Made by a program: the position numbers and the translations under genes
Shown here: positions 16,940 through 26,474 of the stretch, in pieces
How the letters are laid out: the number at the start of each line of letters is the position of its first letter
Position numbering within the stretch: the first letter of the stretch is position 1
Assembly (NCBI GenBank): GCA_964458135.1
Contig: CAYWHT010000001.1
Span: forward strand, 1 to 49,395
Source: an uncultured Saprospiraceae bacterium
GTDB taxonomy: Bacteria > Bacteroidota > Bacteroidia > Chitinophagales > Saprospiraceae
Direction of reading: 5' to 3'
Length of the DNA stretch: 49,395 nucleotides
The notes under the pieces: generated by a model
What the model was told of the DNA's origin: nothing
What the model saw: the letters and a program-made list of their open reading frames with translations, nothing else
Database searches by the model: none

Positions 16940-17942
16940 AATCTGGCTCGGCTACTTCTTCAGGTTCAGGTTTTTCAGAGCCAGAAGAAGACTCGCTGCC
17001 TGATTTCGACGACTGGTTACCGCCGTTACTATTAGCTCCTTTGCCGCCACTGCTGCTGCTGTTGGATTTACTACCTTTCTTGCTATTGCTTTTGCCGTTT
17101 TCGCTACCTTTATCAGTTTTTACACCTTTACCACTGTTGTCGGTCTTCGTTCCTGACTGAACGTCATCAAGCTTTTTCAGATTCTTCTCCAGCCCGTCAT
17201 GACTATCTCCCTCAAATATTCCGTCAAAGGCTTGAGTCAAACCATCCAAGAATGTCTTGACTCGTTGAGTTGCCAGAATCCCCTGTTCGTCCTGGATTTT
17301 CTCCTGAGCGTCTTCGAGGGTTAGTTCGTTGCGGTCAACGTAAAACTGTACTGCCGATTCCAAGGCTGGCAAATACATTTCGCCCAAAAAATTAGGAGCG
17401 TTCTTTACATCTTGATAGAGCGAATCGTTACTCAGATAGTCAAAATTCGCTCCGTTGAGCCGCCCTTCATTGAGGACGACAATGTGAGGAATTCCATAGT
17501 CAAACTCCTCAATTGAGCTATGAAGTTGTCGAACCGATTCGTAGCATCCATCAGAAACAAACCACTTAACAATTCGATTTCCACCATAGAAATTTCGCAT
17601 GAAATCGAGCAACGATACTTTTGCCATCCATCGATTTAAAGCATCTAGCGTATTGGAGGGTAAATTCACTACAACTTCTGCATCGGTGGCGACGTTGAAA
17701 ATAACGTCAGGCTCGGTTGCTAGGTCTGGGTTGTCCGATAACGTAATTGTATGCGTATCTTGTGCCAAAGATTGATAAATCCGACCAACATCATTAACTT
17801 GGCTGTCAGCTTCTACTAGCGTAAAATTCCGATCTTTAGTGTTAAGGTATTGGCAGAGCGAACGCGATACAAAAGTCTTTCCTACTCCACCTTTTTCGCC
17901 ACCAATTAAGTGAATGTAATTGAGTTTTTGTTTGTTAGACAT
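16929..17942 (-). CDS. ParA/MinD-family P-loop ATPase with Ser/Gly/Lys-rich C-terminal tail
   Basis: The deviant Walker A is IHLIGGEKGGVGKTFVS. The roughly 90-aa tail reads KTDNSGKGVKTDKGSENGKSNSKKGSKSNSSSSGGKGANSNGGNQSSKSGSESSSGSEKPEPEE. The ATG at 17942 is preferred over the TTG at 17960. Confidence 0.8.
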   Translation of the reverse strand: MSNKQKLNYIHLIGGEKGGVGKTFVSRSLCQYLNTKDRNFTLVEADSQVNDVGRIYQSLAQDTHTITLSDNPDLATEPDVIFNVATDAEVVVNLPSNTLDALNRWMAKVSLLDFMRNFYGGNRIVKWFVSDGCYESVRQLHSSIEEFDYGIPHIVVLNEGRLNGANFDYLSNDSLYQDVKNAPNFLGEMYLPALESAVQFYVDRNELTLEDAQEKIQDEQGILATQRVKTFLDGLTQAFDGIFEGDSHDGLEKNLKKLDDVQSGTKTDNSGKGVKTDKGSENGKSNSKKGSKSNSSSSGGKGANSNGGNQSSKSGSESSSGSEKPEPEEVAEPDYAG

Positions 17943-17991
17943 ACAAAAATAAGCTTGCAACAGATTACAATTGAAACGTGCAAAAACAAGT

Positions 17992-18462
17992 TTACAGCAT
18001 ACTTTCTAGCTTGTTAACTTCATTTCTAGCTCTATTTAAATTATCACTTCCATTTTTAATATCCTCGGAACTTTCTAAAGATTGCACTTCACCTGTATTT
18101 GAATTAAACTCAGACTTTGATTCTTGCTTAACTGCTGTCATCCCTAATGTACTAGGTACGCCTGTTACGTTTTCAATTTCATTTGCCCATCTCTGTAATT
18201 TTGCATATGATTGATGTGCAAAGAGTCGAATATCGATATCATCTTCTTGTTGGTTTATTTCTCTGAGAACATACCCGTAAAATCGAGCTTCAATGTAGTC
18301 TCTAACTTCGTCTCTTAGAAATTTAATAAATTTCCCTTCTTCTAAATTGTGACGAAGATAATTTAACGTAGCCCAAAACCTAGATCTTGGGGCAGCTTGC
18401 ATCCTGAGCTTCAGATTTATTTTTTTGTCTTCTTGGTTGCCACTATTACTATTAGTATGCAT
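17992..18462 (-). CDS. ParR-like centromere-binding adaptor (candidate, assigned by position)
   Basis: The gene lies immediately downstream of the actin-like ATPase gene. The N-terminus KINLKLRMQAAPRSRFWATLNYLRHNL is compatible with a beta-strand/helix (RHH-like) start. The ATG at 18462 has an AAGAGGGA box upstream. Confidence 0.4.
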   Translation of the reverse strand: MHTNSNSGNQEDKKINLKLRMQAAPRSRFWATLNYLRHNLEEGKFIKFLRDEVRDYIEARFYGYVLREINQQEDDIDIRLFAHQSYAKLQRWANEIENVTGVPSTLGMTAVKQESKSEFNSNTGEVQSLESSEDIKNGSDNLNRARNEVNKLESML

Positions 18463-18514
18463 GGTCTGTCCCTCTTTAATTCTACACCTACAATTCAAGC
18501 ATAAATTAGTTACA

Positions 18515-19693
18515 CTATACTTCTTGTAGTTGCTCTCCTGTCCTGTCAATAGTCATATTAAAAGTCATCATAAACAATTGACCAACATCAACAAGACGAT
18601 ACTGAAGCGATTCTAAATTACTAGTACTCGACCATTCTTCTAAAGCATAGCGGCATTCCTTTGGCAATTCCATCCACTGCGGTTTTGCCCAGTGAAATTC
18701 TTCATCAAGTTCGGGCTTGAAGTAATGTGCTGCGCCACCGCCAATCACCAAGGCATCTAGGCGCGTAGGACAATTTTCATTAAGCCATTCTCGAATCGCT
18801 TTCCAAGTTTGCTTGCGAGCCATCTGAATTGCCCTCGCGATCTTCTCAGCCTCTCGATCTTGATTTTTCGGGTCGGTCGATTTAATTAGACTGCGAATAA
18901 ATGCATTGTCGGGTTGGATATCGCTTCCAATATCGTAGAGTGCTTCAGTTAGCGACGCTCGGTCTTGACCCGATGTTTGAGTGATGACTTCATCGACGAG
19001 CTTCACAAATCCCAGGTTATTCGTTTTAGAGCGCTCCCGATCTACCTGACCTCGCGAAAAGAGTAAGAAACTGGAGTTACGGTGACCCATCATTAAAACT
19101 GCAATGGCATCGCTGCGAGTGAAGTCGCGTTCTCCATACTCCTGCATTACTGCCTTAGTAAATCCAAAACCTTCAGGTAAGCACGAGCAATATTCATCAA
19201 GGGTTAGTTCGAGCTTCTCGCTACGAAAGTAGAATCGTCCTAATGACTTATCGACTAGCTCCTGAAACTGCTCTTTATCAGGGTACTCGCTGTAAGGTAG
19301 CAATGCCATATAGAAAACTCTAGTCCCCTGTCTGGGCAGATCGTGCGTTTGGATGATGGTTGCGATCGCTGCGAACAACTTATAAACCGCACGCTCGTAT
19401 TTGAGGCGGTTCATTCGCACCGAGGCTTGCAGTTGCTTGGCGAGGTAACCGACTGCAAAGCAATCGTCACCGCGCTTTTTGGTCTTGAGCCAAGCATCGT
19501 TTTCCGGAGTGGTCAAGCCAGAAGAACTCTGATGATAGGCGTCAATCGACTGTTGCTCGACCTCTATCACCTCTGGTTCCATCAGGAGAAGTTGTATATG
19601 CTCTAAGCCCTCAAACCAGTAAAACACCTTGGTCAGCGACGATCCCGGATCGAAGGTCAGTTGAATCGTAACTGGTGAGCCTGTCAATGTCAT
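18515..19693 (-). CDS. parM: Actin-like segregation ATPase (ParM/Alp family)
   Basis: The phosphate-1 motif is LTFDPGSSLTKVFY (DxGxxxxK) and the adenosine motif is DALVIGGGAAHYF. The gene lies downstream of an iteron array. Confidence 0.7.
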   Translation of the reverse strand: MTLTGSPVTIQLTFDPGSSLTKVFYWFEGLEHIQLLLMEPEVIEVEQQSIDAYHQSSSGLTTPENDAWLKTKKRGDDCFAVGYLAKQLQASVRMNRLKYERAVYKLFAAIATIIQTHDLPRQGTRVFYMALLPYSEYPDKEQFQELVDKSLGRFYFRSEKLELTLDEYCSCLPEGFGFTKAVMQEYGERDFTRSDAIAVLMMGHRNSSFLLFSRGQVDRERSKTNNLGFVKLVDEVITQTSGQDRASLTEALYDIGSDIQPDNAFIRSLIKSTDPKNQDREAEKIARAIQMARKQTWKAIREWLNENCPTRLDALVIGGGAAHYFKPELDEEFHWAKPQWMELPKECRYALEEWSSTSNLESLQYRLVDVGQLFMMTFNMTIDRTGEQLQEV

Positions 19694-19857
19694 TCAATCT
19701 ATCCTCGTTCTAGCTTCATTGTGAAATTTTCATCTTTCCCCAACTCTTGTATCACCTTTCCCCAGTAATGTCGATCGCTACCGTCAAACCTCTTCAATCC
19801 TATTTCGATAATTCGATCTCTGTTGCACAAAATTGAAAATATCTATCGAAAGTTACA

Positions 19858-20032
19858 GAGAACTTCAGGAGAACTCTAGGAGAACTTCAGGAGAACTTCA
19901 GGAGAATAACAATGCCATATTCTTGGATTTTTGAATTTTTTTTAGCTCTTCAGACAATAGATTTAGGAGAACTTCAGGAGAACTCTGGGATAACCTCGGG
20001 AGAACCCTAAGAGAACTTCAGGAGAACTTTAA
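19858..20032. repeat. parC-like centromere: two blocks (5 + 6 copies) of an 11-bp direct repeat GAGAACTTCAG
   Basis: Block 1 (19858-19912) reads GAGAACTTCAG GAGAACTCTAG GAGAACTTCAG GAGAACTTCAG GAGAATAACAA. A 54-bp AT-rich spacer follows. Block 2 (19967-20032) reads GAGAACTTCAG GAGAACTCTGG GATAACCTCGG GAGAACCCTAA GAGAACTTCAG GAGAACTTTAA. Confidence 0.75.
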
Positions 20033-20039
20033 TGCTTTT

Positions 20040-20222
20040 TTGGGCAAATCACCTCTACTCGCAAGCAATGGAGGATGTCATTACGCAGTTTACAATTTTC
20101 GATTTTTTCGTAATATTGATATTAGCGATGCGATCTCGATCGCACATTGTTCGTGTTCTCGTACAGACTGCGCAAAGTCTTACCAGTAGACGAACTGAAC
20201 TGTCCTGTTAGCCGAACGAACT
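20040..20222. promoter_or_regulatory. Candidate oriT / mobC-relaxase promoter region
   Basis: This non-coding stretch lies directly upstream of mobC and the relaxase gene. It contains the palindrome TGCGATC-TC-GATCGCA (20129-20144) and AT-rich tracts. No nick site could be identified by eye. Confidence 0.3.
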
Positions 20223-20561
20223 ATGCAAACCGACTCAAAAGATCGAAGGGATACCATTATCCAGATACGCGCCACTCAAGATGAAAAGGCTGCCCTCGAT
20301 CGCGCCACACTGGAAGCTGGCTATCAAACTGTAAGCGAGTTTGTGCGGCAGATGGCAATTAACAATATAGACCGCAGGGTAGATTTTAATTGGCGAGATT
20401 ATAGGCTATCTTTAAACGAAATCTTCAGAGAGTTAGTCGCCAATTTAGATGGTCTGCGGGTTGTTGCTGGAATTGAAACTCAGTCCGAAGATTGGGGCAG
20501 AATTCAGCGCTCCATCTCCAAGTTGAAATCTAAAGTTGAAGAACTTAATGCCGATCGCTAA
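20223..20561 (+). CDS. mobC: MobC-like ribbon-helix-helix relaxosome accessory protein
   Basis: DTIIQIRATQDEKAALDRATLEAGYQTVSEFVRQMAIN matches the MobC/RHH pattern. The gene overlaps the start of the relaxase gene. Confidence 0.7.
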   Translation: MQTDSKDRRDTIIQIRATQDEKAALDRATLEAGYQTVSEFVRQMAINNIDRRVDFNWRDYRLSLNEIFRELVANLDGLRVVAGIETQSEDWGRIQRSISKLKSKVEELNADR

Positions 20562-22620
20562 AGCGCTAAAAAATCGCAGCTTTCGCTCGACCTTGCACTA
20601 TGTGGCAGGGGCGCACCGCGAATCGCGGCGAGTATTTGTAAATGTGGGTGTGCCGGACGAACCTGGTGCGATCGCTGAGGAGATGGAGCAGCAAGCCCGG
20701 AAAAGTAAGTATCCTTGCCAGCGTCCGTGTTACCACATTTCGATCAGCCCTCATGAAAGGGATGCCGATAGCTTGACCGATAAGCAGTGGAATAGGCTAG
20801 CTAAAGATTTTTTAGAGGATTCGGGGCTGGGCAATCGCCAAGCAGTTGGCTATTTACACGAAGACGAGGACTACCCAAAATCGGGAAATCTCAGACCCCA
20901 TCTACATCTCATTGCAAACCGAATCGACGACAGCGGCAAAGCCTACGACACGAGTTGGGACTTCTATCACTTCCAATCGGTGATGCGGGAATTGGAGGAA
21001 AAACACGGGTTGGTGCAACAAGCATCTAGTTGGGAGGTCGGGCGGAGATCGCGCAATAGTGTCAAGCAAGTACAGCGGTTGCAACGGGAAGAGCGCGAAT
21101 ACAATCGCGGCGATCGCACGAACTTAGGAGAGAAACAGATGCCACACAATGGCAGTAGCACTCGACAACAACAAGAGGCGCGATCGCAGCAGCAAGGGCA
21201 ATCAAAAGATATCGGAGAATTATTGCGCGAGACTCGCCAGCGCGATCGCGAGGAGCGACAGGAAAATCACCAGCAATTATCTGGAGCCGTCCAAGGGGGA
21301 CAGCGGCAGGGCAAAAAAATCGAATCCTCCACTGGCGAATTTGATGGCATGAGCGTTATCGGTGGTGGGATTCGCCTGGGGGCTTCAGCAACGGCGGTAG
21401 CACAAGGATTCAAGAAAAAGCTCGATCTCGCTAAAGAAGAAGCTGAGGGCGAACGTGCCGAGCAATTAATCGATCGTCTCTCTAAAGTGGGAGATCGTGC
21501 CGAGCAATTAGAAAATCGCCTCGGTTTTGGAACTGACAGGGAAAAACAGCAAACCTCCAACGAACCGGAAATTGAGGGGGGCAGCGATCCATCGAACATG
21601 GAATCGCTTGAGGATGAAGGGCTTGACGCACAGCGGGAGCAACAAGGTAACAACCCCCTCGAAAATGCCATCAATTTTGGGAACGCTCGACTAGATCGAT
21701 TAGCGGATGCAGCGGGACTCGACGATGAAGATGACAAGCAGCGCGGCAGCTTCGATCTCGATCCGAATGCTTCCACAGACGAGCAATTCGATCGCCTCTC
21801 CGAAGCAATCGATGCAATGGACGATCGGTTGGATGCTCTGGAGCAACGGGCAGAATATCTAGAGGAACTGGCAATCCATAGCTCCGATATGGAGGAAAAG
21901 GTTGCAATGGACGATCGGATCGAGCAGTCCGATTCCGGATGGCAGCCAGAGGAGCAATCCTACATCTTCGGCAAGGCAATCGCGCAGAGCCTCAACAATT
22001 ATGCCTCTGCTCGTAGCGAAGTTTACGCTACGCGAAAGGACGAGGATATTCCTACGCGCTCGCTCGGGACAATTTCACCAGATCCCGGTAGCAATCGCGT
22101 GTCGATCTCGGACGACGAGTACGGACTTAAATTTGAAGCGCAGCAAAACGAAGACGGTAACTGGCAAGTTACTACGAACGAGCTAAACGAGGATGAGAAA
22201 AGCTCGATCGCTAGTTTGCCGCAGACCAAAGAAGATTATCAGGTGCAAGCCTCTGGGAAGTCAGTCGTGTATGGGCTGTCCAACCTTGCACCAGAAGATA
22301 TGAAGCGCGATCGCGACAGCTACGTTCGCTGGAAAGGCGAGAACGATCGCTTTGACTATTCGTTTTCGATTGGTGGCGCGGACGAATCCAGTAAGCAGCA
22401 AATTATGGGATATGACAATCAGAGCGGAAGTGACGACCCCGTATTTGAGGCTTCAATTGACGAGAAAGGATTTGTCCGTACCGATCGATGCGATATCCCC
22501 TCTAACCAGCTCGATCGTTTAGTCGAACAGGGCAAACAACAAGGTCAGCAGGGGAAAGGACGTAAGCCGCAAAAGCAGCGACAGCGTTCCAAACAGCACT
22601 CCAAAAATATGGAGCTTTGA
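20548..22620 (+). CDS. Conjugative relaxase (MobA/VirD2-type HUH nuclease) with long C-terminal extension
   Basis: An N-terminal Tyr region (RSTLHYVAG) and the His triad YLHEDEDYPKSGNLRPHLHLIANRID (HxDx..HxH) are present. The ATG at 20548 is preferred over the TTG at 20536. Confidence 0.85.
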   Translation: MPIAKALKNRSFRSTLHYVAGAHRESRRVFVNVGVPDEPGAIAEEMEQQARKSKYPCQRPCYHISISPHERDADSLTDKQWNRLAKDFLEDSGLGNRQAVGYLHEDEDYPKSGNLRPHLHLIANRIDDSGKAYDTSWDFYHFQSVMRELEEKHGLVQQASSWEVGRRSRNSVKQVQRLQREEREYNRGDRTNLGEKQMPHNGSSTRQQQEARSQQQGQSKDIGELLRETRQRDREERQENHQQLSGAVQGGQRQGKKIESSTGEFDGMSVIGGGIRLGASATAVAQGFKKKLDLAKEEAEGERAEQLIDRLSKVGDRAEQLENRLGFGTDREKQQTSNEPEIEGGSDPSNMESLEDEGLDAQREQQGNNPLENAINFGNARLDRLADAAGLDDEDDKQRGSFDLDPNASTDEQFDRLSEAIDAMDDRLDALEQRAEYLEELAIHSSDMEEKVAMDDRIEQSDSGWQPEEQSYIFGKAIAQSLNNYASARSEVYATRKDEDIPTRSLGTISPDPGSNRVSISDDEYGLKFEAQQNEDGNWQVTTNELNEDEKSSIASLPQTKEDYQVQASGKSVVYGLSNLAPEDMKRDRDSYVRWKGENDRFDYSFSIGGADESSKQQIMGYDNQSGSDDPVFEASIDEKGFVRTDRCDIPSNQLDRLVEQGKQQGQQGKGRKPQKQRQRSKQHSKNMEL

Positions 22621-22639
22621 CGAACTACAAGGATAACTT

Positions 22640-23230
22640 ATGGGGATTTCTAGATACAGAAAAAATATTCAATTTGATTTTCTCTGGAACAACACCTACT
22701 TAAGTGGATTAGATTCGGCAACATTAATCGCTTTGGGTTTACTGCTGATTTACCTTACTGCTTTTCAGCCTGCGGTAGTTCTAGTAGCGTGTTTTAGCTG
22801 TGCAATTGTATCGGCTTTTTCTTTACTAAATCAGGGACTGAAAACCGCAACGGGTTATTCTATTCCCGTCAAAATTTGGCACTTAGCCACTGTTGTACTT
22901 GTACTTACAGCTATATTCGGACAAGCCACAACACCTGCTTTTGCTCAGTTCTTTAATAGTTTAGAGCAGGCAGTTCAAGATGTGGTTTCTAATGCTGATA
23001 CAGGTATTAGTTCGCAACTCGTAAGTACCATTTTTGCATTTTTTCGAGTACTAATTCTTCTCGCTTTTGTCATCGGCGTTGTCGTTGTATTTGCTCAGGC
23101 GACTAGAGGCAACGATTGGCAGCCAATTGCTAACTTGCTAGCTGTTGGCGTTGCGTTTGTGATTGGCGTTGAAATCATTAGCCAACTAATTCTTGGTGGC
23201 AGCGGACAACAAGGTGGTGGAAACCCTTAA
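22640..23230 (+). CDS. VirB2/TrbC-like pilin candidate
   Basis: A long leader ends at TTPAFA|QFF. It is followed by two hydrophobic helices separated by a short charged loop (FAFFRVLILLAFVIGVVVVFAQATRGNDWQPIANLLAVGVAFVIGVEIISQLILGG). The gene is the first of the T4SS cluster. Confidence 0.5.
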   Translation: MGISRYRKNIQFDFLWNNTYLSGLDSATLIALGLLLIYLTAFQPAVVLVACFSCAIVSAFSLLNQGLKTATGYSIPVKIWHLATVVLVLTAIFGQATTPAFAQFFNSLEQAVQDVVSNADTGISSQLVSTIFAFFRVLILLAFVIGVVVVFAQATRGNDWQPIANLLAVGVAFVIGVEIISQLILGGSGQQGGGNP

Positions 23231-23273
23231 TATTGATGGTGCCAATGATTTATGAGTTTTTGGAGCTTGACTT

Positions 23274-26200
23274 ATGGACGTTGATAAAGATCCGGTAAAA
23301 GTCAACCCAATCTTGGGGCAACGCGCGTCGATCGGACCAATTCCGGCTGACCAATTGATTCCCTGGGTGTTTATTGGCGTCTTCTCTTACTTCATTTTCT
23401 CAATGCTGCTTGGAGTGGGGATTTTGCCCTGGCTCGGTACGTGGATATGGATAGCAGCCTCGTGGTGGATACTCACGGGCAGCAAGACTTATGCCTTTAT
23501 TAAATCGTGGGTACAGCCACCGGGGGTCGATTGGATTAATGCCGAAACGTTATTCGTCCGCGCCACCGATGCCGGAACTTGGAGGCGTGCCAAACAAGAC
23601 AAACTACGCTACGTGAAGCAAACCTCAAGTGAAGACGGAAAGACGAGGAAATTCATGCCTTTTCAAAACTTCAGCCACATTCATAGTATCGCTGAAATTC
23701 AGCTTGGGGGATACAGTTTTGCGTGTTTAGTGCTGTACGACAAAGCAAATGATTCTTGGTCGGCTCAAATCCCTTTTAAATTTTCTGGCATTCACCCGCA
23801 GCTTTATCGGAATGAAGTGGAATCCGCTATTAGCGCACTGCATGAAGCTTGTAGCGAATTTAATGAAGGCGAATTTTTAACCTTCCAAACTTCGTGTAAG
23901 TCAATTACGCGCAATCGCAAGAAACAATTGCGAGAACTGGCTAAAACCTCTGATTCTAAGGCAATTGGCGTTCAGTTGCTCAATGAAGAACAGCGCGTAA
24001 AAGAGCTTGCTGCTAGTGGTGCGCGGCAAGTTTGGGAGCAGATAATTTGGGGAAGCTGGACAGCACAGAAAGACATTGAGGAGCGCACCGATTTAATCGG
24101 AAAGATCTTGCTATGGATTAAAAATAAGTACCAATCCTCAATTACAGGATTCATGGGAACGAAACAATCCTATTTCAATGATTTTTACGAGGATTTAGCG
24201 CGGCAAATCCACGAGCGCGGCTTTCTCAAGTGGCGAAATTTGCTCGAAACTAAGGGTGAATTGCTCTGTGAACCGATGAGCGCTCGGGAAATTTGGCAGC
24301 ATCTATGGTATCGATTCAACATCCAACCTGCTCCAACGCTGCCGCAAAACCGCTATATCCAAGTAATTGAGGAGCAAGGCGGACTGCAAACCAACGTACC
24401 GCAATCGGGGCAAAAAGATCTGATTACGCTGCTAGTACAGGGCGATCGCGGTAAAACTTCCTGCCCGAAACACCAGTCGCAGCGGGGTTTTATCTATTCG
24501 TGCAATAAGGTCGGGCGAGTGGTAACGATCGAGCAACCTCCCGAATTGTGGCGTAATGCCAGAGAGCAGTTGAAATGGATTTGGAATCGCCTCTCCACAA
24601 CCTACGTGCGCGATACGGACGCCGTCATACAGATCAGCTCTCGGGAAAAGTGGGCAATCCAAGATGAGCTTGAAAAAATGACCAAACAGTCTAAATACGA
24701 GGAGCGACGCGCGGTAGCCGAGGGGACTGGCAAGGGCGTCGCGGCATCCATGCAAGGGGAACACGCCGAAGATGCTCTCAGAAAGATGCTCGAAGGCAAA
24801 CAACCACTTTATTGCGCTCCCGTATTCGTGATTTGGCGAGATAGCGAGGAAGAAGCAAATGAGGCAGCGCGGCAATTTTGCCAAGCTTTTGGCAGCGCCA
24901 CCGCAACGGTGGAAGACGATATTGCGTGGCGAGTTTGGGTTGAGTCTTTGCCGATCAATAGTTTTCCTTTGCTAGAAAAATATTCTGCCTTCAGCGAGCG
25001 GAGGCTGACTCTCGATAGTGAAACCGTGCCGGGATTCCTTCCACTTACCCGCCCGCGCGATCTGGACAGCAGGGGTGTGGAGTTTTTAAACAGTCGAGGC
25101 GGACACCCAATTTACGTCAACTTGCTCGATCCGCAAACCGGACGCGCTCTAATTACTGGAAAAACTGGATCGGGAAAATCTGTATTGGGGTGGAGGTTTG
25201 TTCTGGATGCTTTGGCTCAAAATATCCCAGTAGTGGGGATCGATCTGAGCAGCGGTGGCGACTCGACCTTTAAAACTGCCGTGTTGAGCTTGGGAGAGGA
25301 AAAAGGCGCATACGTTGATATTCTGCGGGAATCTCTCAATATCCTCGAACCGCCCGATCTTCGTACTCTTGCGCCTGAAGTACAAGTGCAACGATTGAAG
25401 CGTTGGAAGGATGTCGTTCGCACCGTGGTTGCCACGATTGCAATGGCGCAAATCGAAGACCCCCAACTGCACTCGCGAGTGGATTCAATCTGTCTGCGTC
25501 TGCTGGAAGTCTTTTTTGCTGACGTGGATATTACCAATCGCTACAATAATGCCTTCGAGCAGGGCTGGAAATCTGAAGCCTGGGGCGAAATGCCAACTCT
25601 ACATGACCTGCTCAAATTTTGCTCGAAGGAGAAGTTGGGGCTAGAGAGCTATGAAGAAATCGACGCCAGGGCAATTAACCAAATCGTCAATCAGGTTGGG
25701 GCAAAGCTACAAGATCCGAATATCGGCGATGCGATCGGGCGTCCGAGTACGGTTTCGCCTTATCCACTAATTACGTTCTACGCGCTATCGGGGCTGTCCA
25801 ACGAGCAAAACGCTACCATCATGGCTCTTTCAGCGCAGATGGCAGCGCTGCGAAATGCCCTAGCGTCGAGTCAAAGCCTCTTCGTGGGCGACGAGCTTTC
25901 GGTGTTGTTGGACAAACCCGGCTTCGCCGATGTGGTGGGCGAGATGTTGGCGACCGGGCGAAAGGAAGGCATCTCCACTTTGATGCTGGCGCAGGATTTG
26001 GATGCGATCGTTAACTGCAAAGCCTCAGCTAAAATTCTCGCCAACCTCAGCACTCAAATTACCGGGAAAACTACCTATGCGGCAACGGCAGCCTATGCCA
26101 ATGCGCTGGGGTACGATCGCGAGCTAATTGCTCAAAATGCCAGCGAATCGTATAGAGGCAGCAAGCACGAACTTTATACGCGCTGGCGAGTGGAGCGGAA

Positions 26201-26465
26201 CAATCGCTTTTGGGATGCGCGATTCTATGCTGCGCCGATGATGCTGGCTAGCTTGGCAAACGGCGAGTCCGAGGTTGCCGCGCGCGATCGCGTTCTTGCA
26301 GGGTATCCCAGTACGGAAAAAGGTCGCTTGCGAGGGTTGCGCGATTTTACCGATCAATACGTGATGGCAATGCGAGGCAGTACTTCATTTTCGGAGGTGA
26401 TGCCTACTACTACAGGTTCGACGGTTCGAGAAGAACGCGAACGGCAAGTCGTCAATAATCGATAG
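23274..26465 (+). CDS. virB4: VirB4-family T4SS ATPase with N-terminal VirB3-like membrane segment
   Basis: N-terminal transmembrane helices are present (LIPWVFIGVFSYFIFSMLLGVGILPWLGTWIWIAASWWILTG). Walker A is ALITGKTGSGKSVLG and Walker B is SLFVGDELSVLLD. The protein is 1063 aa. Confidence 0.9.
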   Translation: MDVDKDPVKVNPILGQRASIGPIPADQLIPWVFIGVFSYFIFSMLLGVGILPWLGTWIWIAASWWILTGSKTYAFIKSWVQPPGVDWINAETLFVRATDAGTWRRAKQDKLRYVKQTSSEDGKTRKFMPFQNFSHIHSIAEIQLGGYSFACLVLYDKANDSWSAQIPFKFSGIHPQLYRNEVESAISALHEACSEFNEGEFLTFQTSCKSITRNRKKQLRELAKTSDSKAIGVQLLNEEQRVKELAASGARQVWEQIIWGSWTAQKDIEERTDLIGKILLWIKNKYQSSITGFMGTKQSYFNDFYEDLARQIHERGFLKWRNLLETKGELLCEPMSAREIWQHLWYRFNIQPAPTLPQNRYIQVIEEQGGLQTNVPQSGQKDLITLLVQGDRGKTSCPKHQSQRGFIYSCNKVGRVVTIEQPPELWRNAREQLKWIWNRLSTTYVRDTDAVIQISSREKWAIQDELEKMTKQSKYEERRAVAEGTGKGVAASMQGEHAEDALRKMLEGKQPLYCAPVFVIWRDSEEEANEAARQFCQAFGSATATVEDDIAWRVWVESLPINSFPLLEKYSAFSERRLTLDSETVPGFLPLTRPRDLDSRGVEFLNSRGGHPIYVNLLDPQTGRALITGKTGSGKSVLGWRFVLDALAQNIPVVGIDLSSGGDSTFKTAVLSLGEEKGAYVDILRESLNILEPPDLRTLAPEVQVQRLKRWKDVVRTVVATIAMAQIEDPQLHSRVDSICLRLLEVFFADVDITNRYNNAFEQGWKSEAWGEMPTLHDLLKFCSKEKLGLESYEEIDARAINQIVNQVGAKLQDPNIGDAIGRPSTVSPYPLITFYALSGLSNEQNATIMALSAQMAALRNALASSQSLFVGDELSVLLDKPGFADVVGEMLATGRKEGISTLMLAQDLDAIVNCKASAKILANLSTQITGKTTYAATAAYANALGYDRELIAQNASESYRGSKHELYTRWRVERNNRFWDARFYAAPMMLASLANGESEVAARDRVLAGYPSTEKGRLRGLRDFTDQYVMAMRGSTSFSEVMPTTTGSTVREERERQVVNNR

Positions 26466-26474
26466 GAGGTATTT

